The notes under the pieces: generated by a model
What the model was told of the DNA's origin: nothing
Databases searched by the model: none
What the model saw: the letters and a program-made list of their open reading frames with translations, nothing else
Shown here: positions 12,801 through 22,840 of the stretch, piece by piece
How positions within the stretch are numbered: position 1 is the stretch's first letter
Layout of the letters: every line of letters begins with the position of its first letter
Assembly (NCBI GenBank): GCA_030248215.1
Contig: JASANG010000443.1
Location: 62,001 to 126,000, forward strand
Origin: Enoplolaimus lenunculus
Lineage: Eukaryota
Direction of reading: 5' to 3'
DNA: 64,000 nucleotides
Made by a program: the position numbers and the translations under genes

Positions 12801-15800
12801 GTTGAATCCACTCAGAAGGCTGAGAAGTCAGAATGAGTTGAATCCACTCAGAAGGCTGAGAAGTCAGAATGAGTTGAATCCACTCAGAAGGCTGAGAAGT
12901 CAGAATGAGTTGAATCCACTCAGAAGGCAGAGAAGTCAGAATGAGTTGAATCCACTCAGAAGGCAGAGAAGTCAGAATGAGTTGAATCCACTCAGAAGGC
13001 AGAGAAGTCAGAATGAGTTGAATCCACTCAGAAGGCAGAGAAGTCAGAATGAGTTGAATCCACTCAGAAGGCAGAGAAGTCAGAATGAGTTGAATCCACT
13101 CAGAAGGCTGAGAAGTCAGAATGAGTTGAATCCACTCAGAAGGCAGAGAAGTCAGAATGAGTTGAATCCACTCAGAAGGCAGAGAAGTCAGAATGAGTTG
13201 AACCCACTCAGAAGGCTGACAACTCAAAATGAGTTGAACCCACTCAGAAGGCTGACAACTCAGAATGAGTTGAATCCACTCAGAAGACCGAGAAGTCAGA
13301 ATGAGTTGAATCCACTCAGAAGGCCGAGAAGTCAGAATGAGTTGAATCCACTCAAAAGGTTGAGTTCTAAATTAGGTTTTTTCAGAACTCAGAATTCTGA
13401 ATTGATTGAACTCATTCTGAGTTAATTTAATTTAACTAACTCACATACCGAATCAAATCAACTCACCGAACGAGTTAACATTTACTGATTTCAACTCAGA
13501 AATATCCAGAAATGACTTATTTCTGATAATTCGACCTACACTTCTGATGAATATTATCTACTGGAAACAGTCAACACTGTCATTTCTGCTGAGAGTTCCC
13601 AATTGATAGTTCGACCTGCACTTCTGATCTATTTTTTTCATCGTGCGCCGAAACAAACACCCTCTACACGCCAAGTGGAGTATCTTCATTCTCATTGGAA
13701 GCGATCGCTGGTGCTGTTCCGAGCAATTGTATGTCTCGTTGGCAGAATATTTACCTTTTTAAACCGGCTTCAACAACACAAACAATGATTAAACGGGCAG
13801 AAGCCGCTGGTTACGGTGCTATCGTTGTGTCGTGTGATATCCCACTTCTCGGACGCCGGATCCGTGGTCCAACAGCGGATGGAGTATCACGGCATGCGTA
13901 TTTGCCCATTCTTGAAACGCGTCATTTGTGGTTAGTGACGTCATTGTGATTTGTTTACGTTTCTAAACACTAGTGTTAATTCGTTTTACGGCAATCAGCG
14001 GTACAACCAAAGAGAGGGGGCGAAAGAGCGGCCACCACCCTTATTTACCGCTGATATTCAAGCTTAGAGGTTACACAGTAAATTCCAATGTGTTGAATAA
14101 GTTATTTCTGAGCTAAATAACAATAAGCATTAAACTCACTCTGAGTTGAGTTGATTTTTGCTCTCAGTTGATTTGATTCCGGGTGAGGTTAATCTGTTAA
14201 CTCAGATTGAGTTGAATCAACTCACAATTTTAAGTTCTGATAGCCTAAACTCAGACTGTGTGATTGAACTCATTCTGAGTTAAAATCAACTCACTCGAAT
14301 TGACGTTATACTTCTAAAACAAATTTTCTCGCTCGCGAGTTTTTCACTATTGAATTTCTGGATTGGCCACTGGCACTTCGACTTCCATTCAAAAGTTTCT
14401 GCTTGTGCCACAGAAAGCAGAAGTGCACTTTCGTAGTCTCACGCCATAGTGGCAAAATTTCCTCGTACGCAAATTTGGCTCAGTATCAGCCTCTAGACAT
14501 GTAAAACTAAGCTTAGGCGTACGCGTATAAGCCTAAGCAAAACTTTTCCACTGTCGTGGAACCACAATTGTGCCGACAAAATCGCCCCCCCACGTTTCTG
14601 TTTTTATTTCACTGTAAATCCCAGTGAGTTGATTTTAATTCACAATGAGTTGAATCACCAAGTCTCAGTTAGGACTATCAGAACTTACTGTTGTGAATTT
14701 ATTCAACTCATTCTAATTTTGTTCATCAACTTCCCCGGAGTCTACTCAACTCATAGTGAGAATCAACTCAACTTTTAGAGTGAGCTAAAGTTTACTGTTA
14801 TTAACTCAGAAATAACTAACTTTCCGTCTCAATTGATTAATTAAACTCATTGGAATTACAGTGTATGAACCTAAGCTTAAGATTTAGCTTAACCTAAAGC
14901 TTTGTCCTAAGTATATGTCGTAATGAAATGCTATACGTCAACGTATGGTAACTTAAGTACATCGTCCCACAATGCGGCATGGTGACGGACGGTAACGGAT
15001 GGAATAACAATTATGAAAACTGTATAGCATCTCGTTTTGTACCTTGAGCAAGGCACATTAAGAATTTCGTATCCAGAGCTGATAACACATAAGCTTTCAA
15101 ACTCCCACCGAGTAGGTCGATATAACCAACATGCGGCTTCCTATATATAACATGCCCCCTGATCTCAATACTATTTGAATTTTGTTTCGTTTGATTTTTG
15201 AGCCCGTGTAAAGATCAGGGGCGGAGAGTTTTTATGTGGGACTGCAATAGAGTAAGCTTAAGCTTTAGACTAATTTTTTTGCTGGTCTTAGGCTTTAGGC
15301 TTACGAATATGCCCATTCTTATACGCTTAGGTTTAGGCTTAGGCTTAGGTTTTGGAATACGCTTGTAATGCCGTTCCGCTCCTGTTTTTTACATTGGCTG
15401 ATTTTTGTTCCCAGGGCCGGCAATTTTCCACCTTACGACGAAACTCATGTTACTGGAGACATTGCAGCAGACTGGGAAATGCTCAAATGGACCGTTGGAT
15501 TGACTCGGTTACCTGTCATTGCCAAAGGAATTATGTCTGGTATAATGTTACTTTGAGGGGCAGTAGATTAATCGTATTCGTAAGCCTAAGCTTAAGCCTA
15601 AGCTTAAGCCTAAGCCTAAGCGTTGCAAATATGCGTTCCTAAGCCTAAGCCTAGGCCTAAGCGTTGCAAAAATGAGATCCTAAGCCTAAGCCTAAGCCTA
15701 AGCCTAAGGGTTGCAAAAATGAGTTCCTAAGCCTAAGAATAAGCCTAAGTCTAAGTCTAAGCCTAAACCTAAACCTAAGCAAACAAAATGTAATCTAGAA

Positions 15801-18800
15801 TCTAACCCCAGTCTTATAGACCCACCAGAATCCTGAACGCCCCTTAAAGTAGCATGGGCCAAACAAATAAACGAGGCTTGATATATTTACTCCAGAATAT
15901 GAGCTGCATTCCTTTATAATATCGATAAGTAACCCTTTCTCACATGAATATTTTCTACAACTGGACAGTCGAAGCGATTCAGTTGCCTGTAAACGCCGAA
16001 AAATTTTACGTCTGTGAGATTAAAGTTATCGATATTTTACTGGTTCAGTTACAATAAGCAAAATTCGTTCAAAAAATATTAATATTTATTCTTTATCTAT
16101 GATGAATAATATACCTCAAATGTAATGTACACAGCAAAAAATGATGAGTCAAATTGACTCTGTCCGATATAGACTTTTCCTGACTAAACAAACTGAGGCA
16201 ATATTCGACTCCGCGAAAGTTAAGTTCGGCTCACCCGAGTCGCTAAGAGTCGAATTTGATTCTGGCGAAGTCGAATTTTAATTCAGTTTGTGTAGTCAGG
16301 AATAGCCTATTTCGGAGAAAGTCAATTTGATTCACCATTTTTTACAGTGTAAAAGCTATCATTCAAAGTTCAAACCAGAATGTCTCAAATGGGAGGCGTT
16401 TGCCGTTATGGCTGCGCAATATTTACGCTGCAACACTCGACCTCGAATAGGCCCTCACATCTTGTGGAGATTTTGAACTTCATAAAAACGCTAAACAATT
16501 GCGGAACACTAGACACTGTGTATCATTTCGCAGGCTCTTGTATAGAACAAGGCCGGAACAGTGGTATAAGCATGTTCCTAAGCCTAAGCCTAAGCCTAAG
16601 GCTAAGAATAAATCTATTCCTAAGTCTAAGCCAAAGCATAAGCCTAAACAAAAGTTAGTCTAAAACATAAACTGACTCTATTACAGCCGCTTCGGGAAAC
16701 GTTCCAGCAATGTTCTCTACATGGGCCATTTCGCATATACATACATAGTTTGCAGTTTGTGCTAAAAGTCAGAATGTTTGTGGTAGCTTGCAACAAAGAG
16801 TCAGCCCCGTAGCCAGCTCACCATGCTAGGGAGGCTAACAAATTTTCAGGACGAGCATTTAAAGGTTTTTCAATGACTTACAAGCAAGGATGAAAATCTT
16901 CTTGGGTGGTCCAAAATTTTTCCACGGGGGGCTGAGGCCCCCAGACCCCGTCCCAGGCTATGGGTTCTCAAAGAGAAGGGAGATTTCACCGAAAATTTAG
17001 GAATTCAAACGCCGTCCCATCTAAAAAGATCAGGGGCGAAACTTTTTTTCTGCGGGACTGGACTGAAGTAAGCTTAAGCTTTTCAGGCTTATATTTTGCG
17101 TTGGTTTTGGCTTAGGCTTACGCTTAGGTATAAGCTCATTCTTACCAACGCTTAAGTTTTGCCTTTTAGCGTTAGGCTTTGGGAATATGCTTATTCTACT
17201 GTTCAGCTCGTGTTCTTTACAATGACCAATATTTTTGTAGAAAACTGCGAAACTAATGGTGACGTTTTGTTTTTTATTCGATTTTGTTACAGCTGAAGAC
17301 GTAGGCTTAGGAATATGCTTGTTCTACTGTTCAGCTCGTGTTCTTTACACTGACCAATATTTCCGTAGAAAACTACGAAGCCTATGGTGACGTTTTGTTT
17401 TATTCAATTTCGTTACAGCCGAAGACGCAATTAATGCTGTTAATGCTGGAGTTTCCGCTATAATTGTGTCAAATCACGGCACAAGACAATTGGATGGTAC
17501 CCCGGCACCGGTAAAAGTGGTCTTAAAAGTTCGATGTGTGGTGTATCTTACGATACTTAGGGTGTAATTAAAAAACCCGTATTCTCAAATCCGTATAGCA
17601 TCTATGACCCATGTAATGATCAGGACCGAAGCGTTTTTCTGCGGAACGGCAAAACTGCAATAGAGTAAGCTTAATACTGACAAAGGCTAAGGCTTTAGCA
17701 ACATGCTTTTACTACTGTAACTGCCTTGTTCTATACATTAGCCGCATCTATTACAAGTTATCAATGGGTTTTCAAACGAACGAACTTTTGCAACTACGTT
17801 TAGCGGATAGGGTCCATAAATCCTAATTGAAATTTTATAAGGATGGCCAATCCTGCTCAACTATGTAACAGAGGATTCAGACCCCCTTCATAAACGTTTT
17901 TAAATTCAAACAAAATATTATCGGACATAAACAACAAAAATCCTTCGGACCAAGTCAGTCCTACGCAAAAGAATATAAAAAAGAACGGCGTTAACGTCGA
18001 AATAATCTATGGCGAATTAAAAATAAATAACAGTCCGTAACCGAATAACAGAGGGTCGCCTCAATAGAGATAAATAAACACTAGTCTCTCCTATTACTGT
18101 AGGGACCCGAATAAGAGCGGGAAATAAGAAGGGGGTCCTCATTTTGAGTCATAATCAATAGGAGTCCGGAGTCCGTAAGCGAATAGAATCCCTAAACCCT
18201 AATTAGAGTCCATGAAGGTCAGTTATTCCTAATTGTAGCGCATAAAGGACTCCCGGACTAAACAAAATTGAGTTCGAATCTTTAAGGCGTACTTAAATTT
18301 TCAAAGTACATTCCTAAGTATAACCTTGCATGATCGCTTAAGATATTGACACAAGACAAATAATCGTTTAATTCAACGGATAGTTGCAATACCCGATATA
18401 TATTAGTATCAGAGGGTGGCGCAGGGCGGATTAAAAAAATAACAGTCCGTAGCAGAATAACCGGGGTTACCCTTTAGAAACGCAAAATAAATATCAGACC
18501 TCCCTCTTATGTGGGTCGCTACAGTATTCTTGTCACCGCAGTTTACAAATTTCAAGCTTCAAAAAAGTGTTTTCAGATTGAAGTTTTGCCTGCGGTTGCG
18601 GACGCTGTTGCGGATCGCGTAGAAATTTATTTCGATGGCGGAATTCGGTTTGGAAGTGACGTTTATAAAGCTCTTGCGCTTGGAGCAAAAGCTGTATTCA
18701 TAGGACGTCCTGCGTTGTTTGGTTTAGCGGTAAATGTAAGAATAAGTTCTGGCAAAGAACGTTTTACGCACTGTAAATTCCAATGAATTGATTAATCAAT

Positions 18801-21076
18801 TCACCTGGCGAGTTGGTGATTTCTACATTAGTATCATTAAACATCAACTCACTCTGAGTTGAGTTGATTCTGTACTCTGAGTTGAGGTGACTGTGGGTGA
18901 GTTGCTTAATTAACTCAGACTGAATTGAATCAACTCAAAATTCTGAGTTCTGATAGTCCTAACTCCGAATGAGTGATTCAACTCATTCTGAGTTAAAATC
19001 ATCTCACTGAAATTTACAGTGCGGAATGCTATTCATTTCGTACAGGATTTGGTACTGATTGGTTCGATAAAAATAATAACATTCGGTTCAACACAGTATT
19101 CAATTCTAATGAGTTGATTAATCAACTCAGCTGGGAAGCTAGTTATTTCTGAGTTTAATAACAGTAAACATTAACTCTGTTTGAGTTAAGTTGATTCCCA
19201 CTCTAAGTTTAGTTGATTCCGGGTGAGATGAATAATTAACTCAGAGTGAGTTTTATTGACTCACAATTCTGAGTTGTGAAAGTGCTACCTCAGACTGAGT
19301 GATTCAACTCATTCTGAGTTTAAATCAACTCACTGGGATTTACAGTGTAGGCTTAGGTTTAGTTGGCTTAAAGCTATGTGTAGGATCTGGTGTAGGTTCG
19401 GGCTCGTAGCCAAGAGGGGGGACAGGGGGGCTCAGCTCCGCCCTGGAAAAATTTTGGCCACCCTAGAAAGTTTTCAACCTTGCTTGTAACTCATTGAAAA
19501 CCCTTGGATACCCCCCCTGAAAAATGTTTAACCCCTTAACAAGGTGAGCTGGCTACGAGCCTGTGCAGTTTTAGACATTCACTTTGGCGTGACCGGTTTG
19601 CCACTTTGGAACGTATGCTGATATGTCAATGCACAACCTTCGACCATACCCCTAAACTCCAAAATCCAACCTAGAACCGTATCTCGAAATCCCAATATCC
19701 CAACCGTGTACCATATCCCGATATCCCAAAACGCCCACCTCCTGCCTAAAATTGTTTATATGGACGGTAGAATTCTGCAATTGCAGCGAGGAAGTTATAA
19801 ATTACAACAGTTCACGATCCCAACTGGTCTTCAAATTGTTCTGCTCGAGTTCTCTAATGAGTAATCGTTCGTTGAAACGTAAATTGAAAATATTTGATTT
19901 GTTTCAGGGTCAAAAAGGAGTCGAAAAAGTGCTATCGATTTTACGCTCTGAGTTACACGTTTCAATGGTATTAACAGGTAAGCGAAATGCTGTACTGATA
20001 TGTGAGTCCTAAAATTGTTCATGCAGCAAAATAGTTGTATTTCAAAAAATTAGCTATGTGATTATGTAACGTACAGGCGTTTACCTTTCAAAAACCCTAT
20101 TGAGGATGGCGCAGTGCTTTTGATAACGTCCGGTGCCGTCTGTCGCTGTCCAATGTTGTTCGGTGCCATCTGACGACGTCCGTTGCTGTCCAGTGTCGTG
20201 CGGTGCTGTCTAACGCCTTCGGTCCAGTGACGTCCGGTGCCGTCTGATGCTGTCCGTTTACTGTCCAGTGTCGTTTGGTGCTGTCTATTTTGTCCGTCAA
20301 TGTCCAGTGTCGTCCGGTGCAATCTGATGCCGTCAATCGTCCAGTGCCGTCCGGTGCAGCTTTACGCCATCCGTAATGGTCCAGTGTCAGCCAGTGCCGT
20401 CACTGCCCTACGCGTAGGTATACCGCTACGAGCATATATTGCCGCATAGCATATCAATTCGTCAACAAAACTGCTTTGACTTGTGGCACCGGATCGTACC
20501 GTACGACAAGTATAGCGCCACCCTAACACATGCATTCGTTATTCGAATACCGTTTGCTTATAGCTGTGAGTTCTCGCTGCAAAAATTTGCACGTGTGAAT
20601 AAAACTTAAACGACATAGCAGTTTTTCGGCCAATGTTACTTTTAGGGCCGTAACAGTAGATTAAGTGTATTCCTAAGTCTAAGCCCAAGCCTACGTGTTG
20701 AAAAAAACGTATTCCTAAGCCTAAGCCTAAGTGTTGCAAAAGTGTATTCCTAAGCCTAAGCCTAAGTGTTGCAAAAGTGTATTCCTAAGCCTAAGTCTAT
20801 ACCTAAGCAAAAAAGTAGTCTAGAATGTAAACCTACTCTTTTCCAGACCAACCACAAGCCGGGACGACCCCAAAAGTAACATGGGCCCCATGATTTGGTG
20901 CATTAGCAACGAAAGTTAGGGTCGCACTTTACCCCAGCCATATTTTTACCAGGGGGTCATGCTAATGACCCTATCAATTGTTGTTTCCCTGTATTTTTTC
21001 AGGTTGCACGACAGTGAGCGATATTAATCGCAACAATTTAGTTCATGAATCGAAGCTTTTGAAATCGGTGCTGTGA
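9805..21076 (+). CDS. FMN-dependent (S)-2-hydroxy-acid oxidase (HAO/glycolate oxidase family), 8 coding exons, about 364 aa; exon-3 acceptor non-canonical
   Basis: Exons 9805-9935, 10795-10949, 13642-13930, 15415-15539, 17419-17510, 18577-18735, 19908-19977 and 21003-21076 total 1095 nt in frame. Family motifs seen: [84 protein letters not shown] lies at about 21127. Confidence 0.92.
10080..10491. mobile_element. Degenerate hAT-like MITE (family E)
   Basis: cacggtgcaac..gttgcacctg ends, ccggag repeats, TSD ctacgtag/ctgtgtag. Homologous to 56867-57232. Confidence 0.65.
11001..11212. mobile_element. Telomeric-repeat-bearing MITE (family B)
   Basis: TIR ggcccatgtgaagatcaggagcggaac..gttccgctcctgttctttatattggtc with internal TTAGGC arrays. 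Confidence 0.8.
11272..11491. mobile_element. Harbinger/Tourist-like MITE (family C)
   Basis: TIR agcccgtattctcaaatatgtgtagca..tgctattcacatttgagaatatgggca with 3-bp TSD cag. Confidence 0.75.
12074..13364. repeat. 36-bp tandem satellite (about 36 copies) inside a family-A MITE, in HAO intron 2
   Basis: Unit cagaatgagttgaatccactcagaaggctgagaagt, flanked on both sides by family-A MITE sequence. Confidence 0.95.
14610..14863. mobile_element. Family-A MITE (CACTGTAAA..TTACAGTG)
   Basis: Same TIR and GAGTTGA/TCAACTC subrepeats as other copies. TSD not conserved here. Confidence 0.75.
15201..15399. mobile_element. Telomeric-repeat-bearing MITE (family B)
   Basis: TIRs present and perfect 8-bp TSD gatttttg. 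Ends 15 nt before HAO exon 4. Confidence 0.85.
15544..15860. mobile_element. Telomeric-repeat-bearing MITE, subfamily B2 (GGCC(C/A)ATGTTACTTT TIR)
   Basis: aatgttactttgagggg..(GCCTAA)n with gcaaaaatgag spacers..cccttaaagtagcatgggcc. Homologous to 20628-20887 and 36299-36443. Confidence 0.75.
16130..16349. mobile_element. Palindromic CAC..GTG MITE (family A2; GAGTCAAATTTGACTC motifs); second copy at 54510-54729
   Basis: 220-bp near-palindrome with TA flanks. A same-length homologue lies at 54510-54729. Confidence 0.75.
16533..16727. mobile_element. Telomeric-repeat-bearing MITE (family B)
   Basis: Perfect 8-bp TSD atttcgca and (GCCTAA)n core. Confidence 0.85.
16802..16968. mobile_element. 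hAT-like MITE (CAGCCCCGTAGCC TIR); relative at about 19400-19563
   Basis: TSD caaagagt/caaagaga. An inverted homologous copy lies in HAO intron 6. Confidence 0.65.
17606..17743. mobile_element. Short family-B MITE nested in a family-C element
   Basis: Perfect 8-bp TSD gcatctat, interrupting the cccgtattctcaaat..gcatcta family-C TIR region. Confidence 0.8.
18097..18524. mobile_element. TA-flanked MITE (family D; CTGTAGTGACCCGAATAAGAGG TIR); other copies 53415-53836, about 33183-33560, about 61585-61859
   Basis: ta|ctgtagggacccgaataagag..ctcttatgtgggtcgctacag|ta. The internal sequence is shared among four copies. A TA TSD suggests Tc1/mariner-pogo affinity (inference). Confidence 0.75.
18769..19021. 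mobile_element. Family-A MITE, 2-bp TSD CG
   Basis: cg|cactgtaaatt..aatttacagtg|cg. Confidence 0.85.
19092..19347. mobile_element. Family-A MITE
   Basis: cacagtatt..atttacagtg with family-A subrepeats. Confidence 0.7.
20127..20410. repeat. GC-rich degenerate tandem repeat (cgtccggtgccgtc/ccagtgtcgt units), probably a MITE interior
   Basis: Recurrent ccggtgccgtc and ccagtgtcgt motifs with about 20-30 bp period in HAO intron 7. Confidence 0.6.
20628..20887. mobile_element. Telomeric-repeat-bearing MITE (B2)
   Basis: ggccaatgttactttt..caaaagtaacatgggcc, with several internal ~35-bp units of GCCTAA plus a spacer. Confidence 0.8.
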
Positions 21077-21265
21077 ATTTCTGGAGAATTTGTTTTATTT
21101 TAGTTGTTATTTTAAATCTAAAATTAAATAAAACTTTAGAATTGGGAGTTTGAGCTGCGTTATTGCTCTATGGCTAAGGATTGCATCTTTTGCATCATTT
21201 TAACCCATCAAAGCATAGGAAATGCGTAAAACTCAACATAAACTACGTACGCGATATAATGGTTG

Positions 21266-21517
21266 CGCTGTAAATATCAGTGAGTTGATTTTAACAAAGA
21301 ATGAGTTGAATCACCCAGTCTGAGTTAGGACTATCAGAACTCAGAATTCTGAGTTAATTCATTTCATTCTGAGTTAATTAATCAACTCATCCAGAGTCAA
21401 CTCAACTCAGAGTGAGAATCAACTCAACTGAGAGTGAGTTAATGTTTACTAATATTAATTCAGAAATCACCAACTCGCTAGCTGAATTGGTTAATCAACT
21501 CATTGTAATTTATAGTG
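21266..21517. mobile_element. Family-A MITE, 2-bp TSD TG
   Basis: tg|cgctgtaaat..atttatagtg|tg. Confidence 0.8.
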
Positions 21518-21634
21518 TGGGTTTCCGAAATGTTACTTAAGTATTTATATACTTAAGTTATGCTTAAGTGATTACTTAAGTAGTTGACTTATAAATAAGT
21601 ACTTAGCTTTTTGAAAAAAAACAATTAAAAGCCA

Positions 21635-21891
21635 CACTGTAAATTGCCATGAATTGATTAATCAATTCAACTAGCGAGTTGGTTATTTCTGAATTAATAT
21701 CACTAAACATTATAACTCACTCTGAGTTGAGTTGATTTTCACTCTCGATTGAGTTTACTCTGGGTGAGTTGGTTAATCAACTCAGAATGAATTGAATAAA
21801 CTCAACATTCTGAGTAGTTCTGACAGTCCTAACTCAGACTGAGTGATTCAACTCATTCTGAGTTAAAATCAACTCACTGAAATTTACAGTG
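21635..21891. mobile_element. Family-A MITE, 2-bp TSD CA
   Basis: ca|cactgtaaatt..aatttacagtg|ca. Confidence 0.85.
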
Positions 21892-22087
21892 CAAAATTAA
21901 ACCAGCGTCTTCACCAGTAAGTCTTGAGGTCCTACAGAAAACGTCACAAACTCAGGTTAATACTTGAAAATTTTTTAAAATTTTTAAACGTTAACCTGAG
22001 TTTGTGACGTTTTCTGTAGGACTTAAAGACTTACTGGTTAAGACGCTGGTTTAATTTTGCACTGTAAATTTCAGTGAGTTGATTTTA
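21864..22087. repeat. Long inverted repeat (97-bp arms, 30-nt AT-rich spacer)
   Basis: 21864-21960 is the reverse complement of 21991-22087 with about 3 mismatches. Confidence 0.9.
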
Positions 22088-22340
22088 CCTGTGGTTATGA
22101 CTTTTCCTGCTGAACCTCATGATATTTTTATTGCGGAAGACGCTTATTGCACAATGCACAGCATTTCACAATTTCGCGTATGCGCTGGATCAAACGAGAG
22201 CTTGTGACTTAGTAGAACAACAGCTTAAGGATTATCGTAGTGGACGTGCGGAAAGCATCTAAACCAAGGAATTTTCGGCACAACTAGTGTGAATAAAGGT
22301 TACTTAAAAGCTCCCTTGAAAGCGACGATCGCCAAACTTT

Positions 22341-22400
22341 TATAGTCCAACGGGTATGACACGCGCCTTTCACCCAACAGTTCCGAGTTCAAATCTAGCT
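22341..22400 (+). mobile_element. tRNA-derived SINE head or tRNA pseudogene (Glu-like)
   Basis: TAGTCCAACGG (A box)..cctttcaccc..GAGTTCAAATC (B box). Stems are degenerate. Confidence 0.45.
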
Positions 22401-22526
22401 TGATATTAAATGTTAAATGAAAAAAATCGAATTTGTTTATACAGAAATACGTTTTAAAGTCAGTACAATTATTACAATTTGTCACGCGTGGTGCGTTGTA
22501 ACGGCATGGTCTGTACGACCCCTGTT

Positions 22527-22780
22527 CACTGTAAATTCAAATGAGTTGATTAATCAATTCAGCAAGCGAGTTGGTTATTTCTGAATTATAATATCAGTAA
22601 ACATTAACTCACTCTGAGTTGATTTGATTTTCAAGCTGAGTTGAATTGACTCTGGGCGGGTTGGTTAATTAACTCAGAACGAATTGAATCAACTCAAAAT
22701 TCTGAGTTCTGATAGTCCTAACTCAGACTGAGTGATTCAACTCATTCTGAGTTAAAATCAACTCACTGAAATTTACAGTG
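22527..22780. mobile_element. Family-A MITE, 2-bp TSD TT
   Basis: tt|cactgtaaatt..aatttacagtg|tt. Confidence 0.85.
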
Positions 22781-22840
22781 TTCGAAGTTTTGCTCAAAGT
22801 ATAAGGGCCACGCCAGGTATCGAACCTGTATGCGTCCATG

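Noticed and set aside
12047..13425. Long repetitive ORFs ([12 protein letters not shown])n and ([12 protein letters not shown])n
   Set aside because: They are translations of the 36-bp satellite, open only because the unit is a multiple of 3 without stops, and they lie inside an HAO intron.
9805..21076. Bacterial lactate-oxidase-type horizontal transfer
   Set aside because: The gene has seven spliceosomal introns and an animal HAO-like structure.
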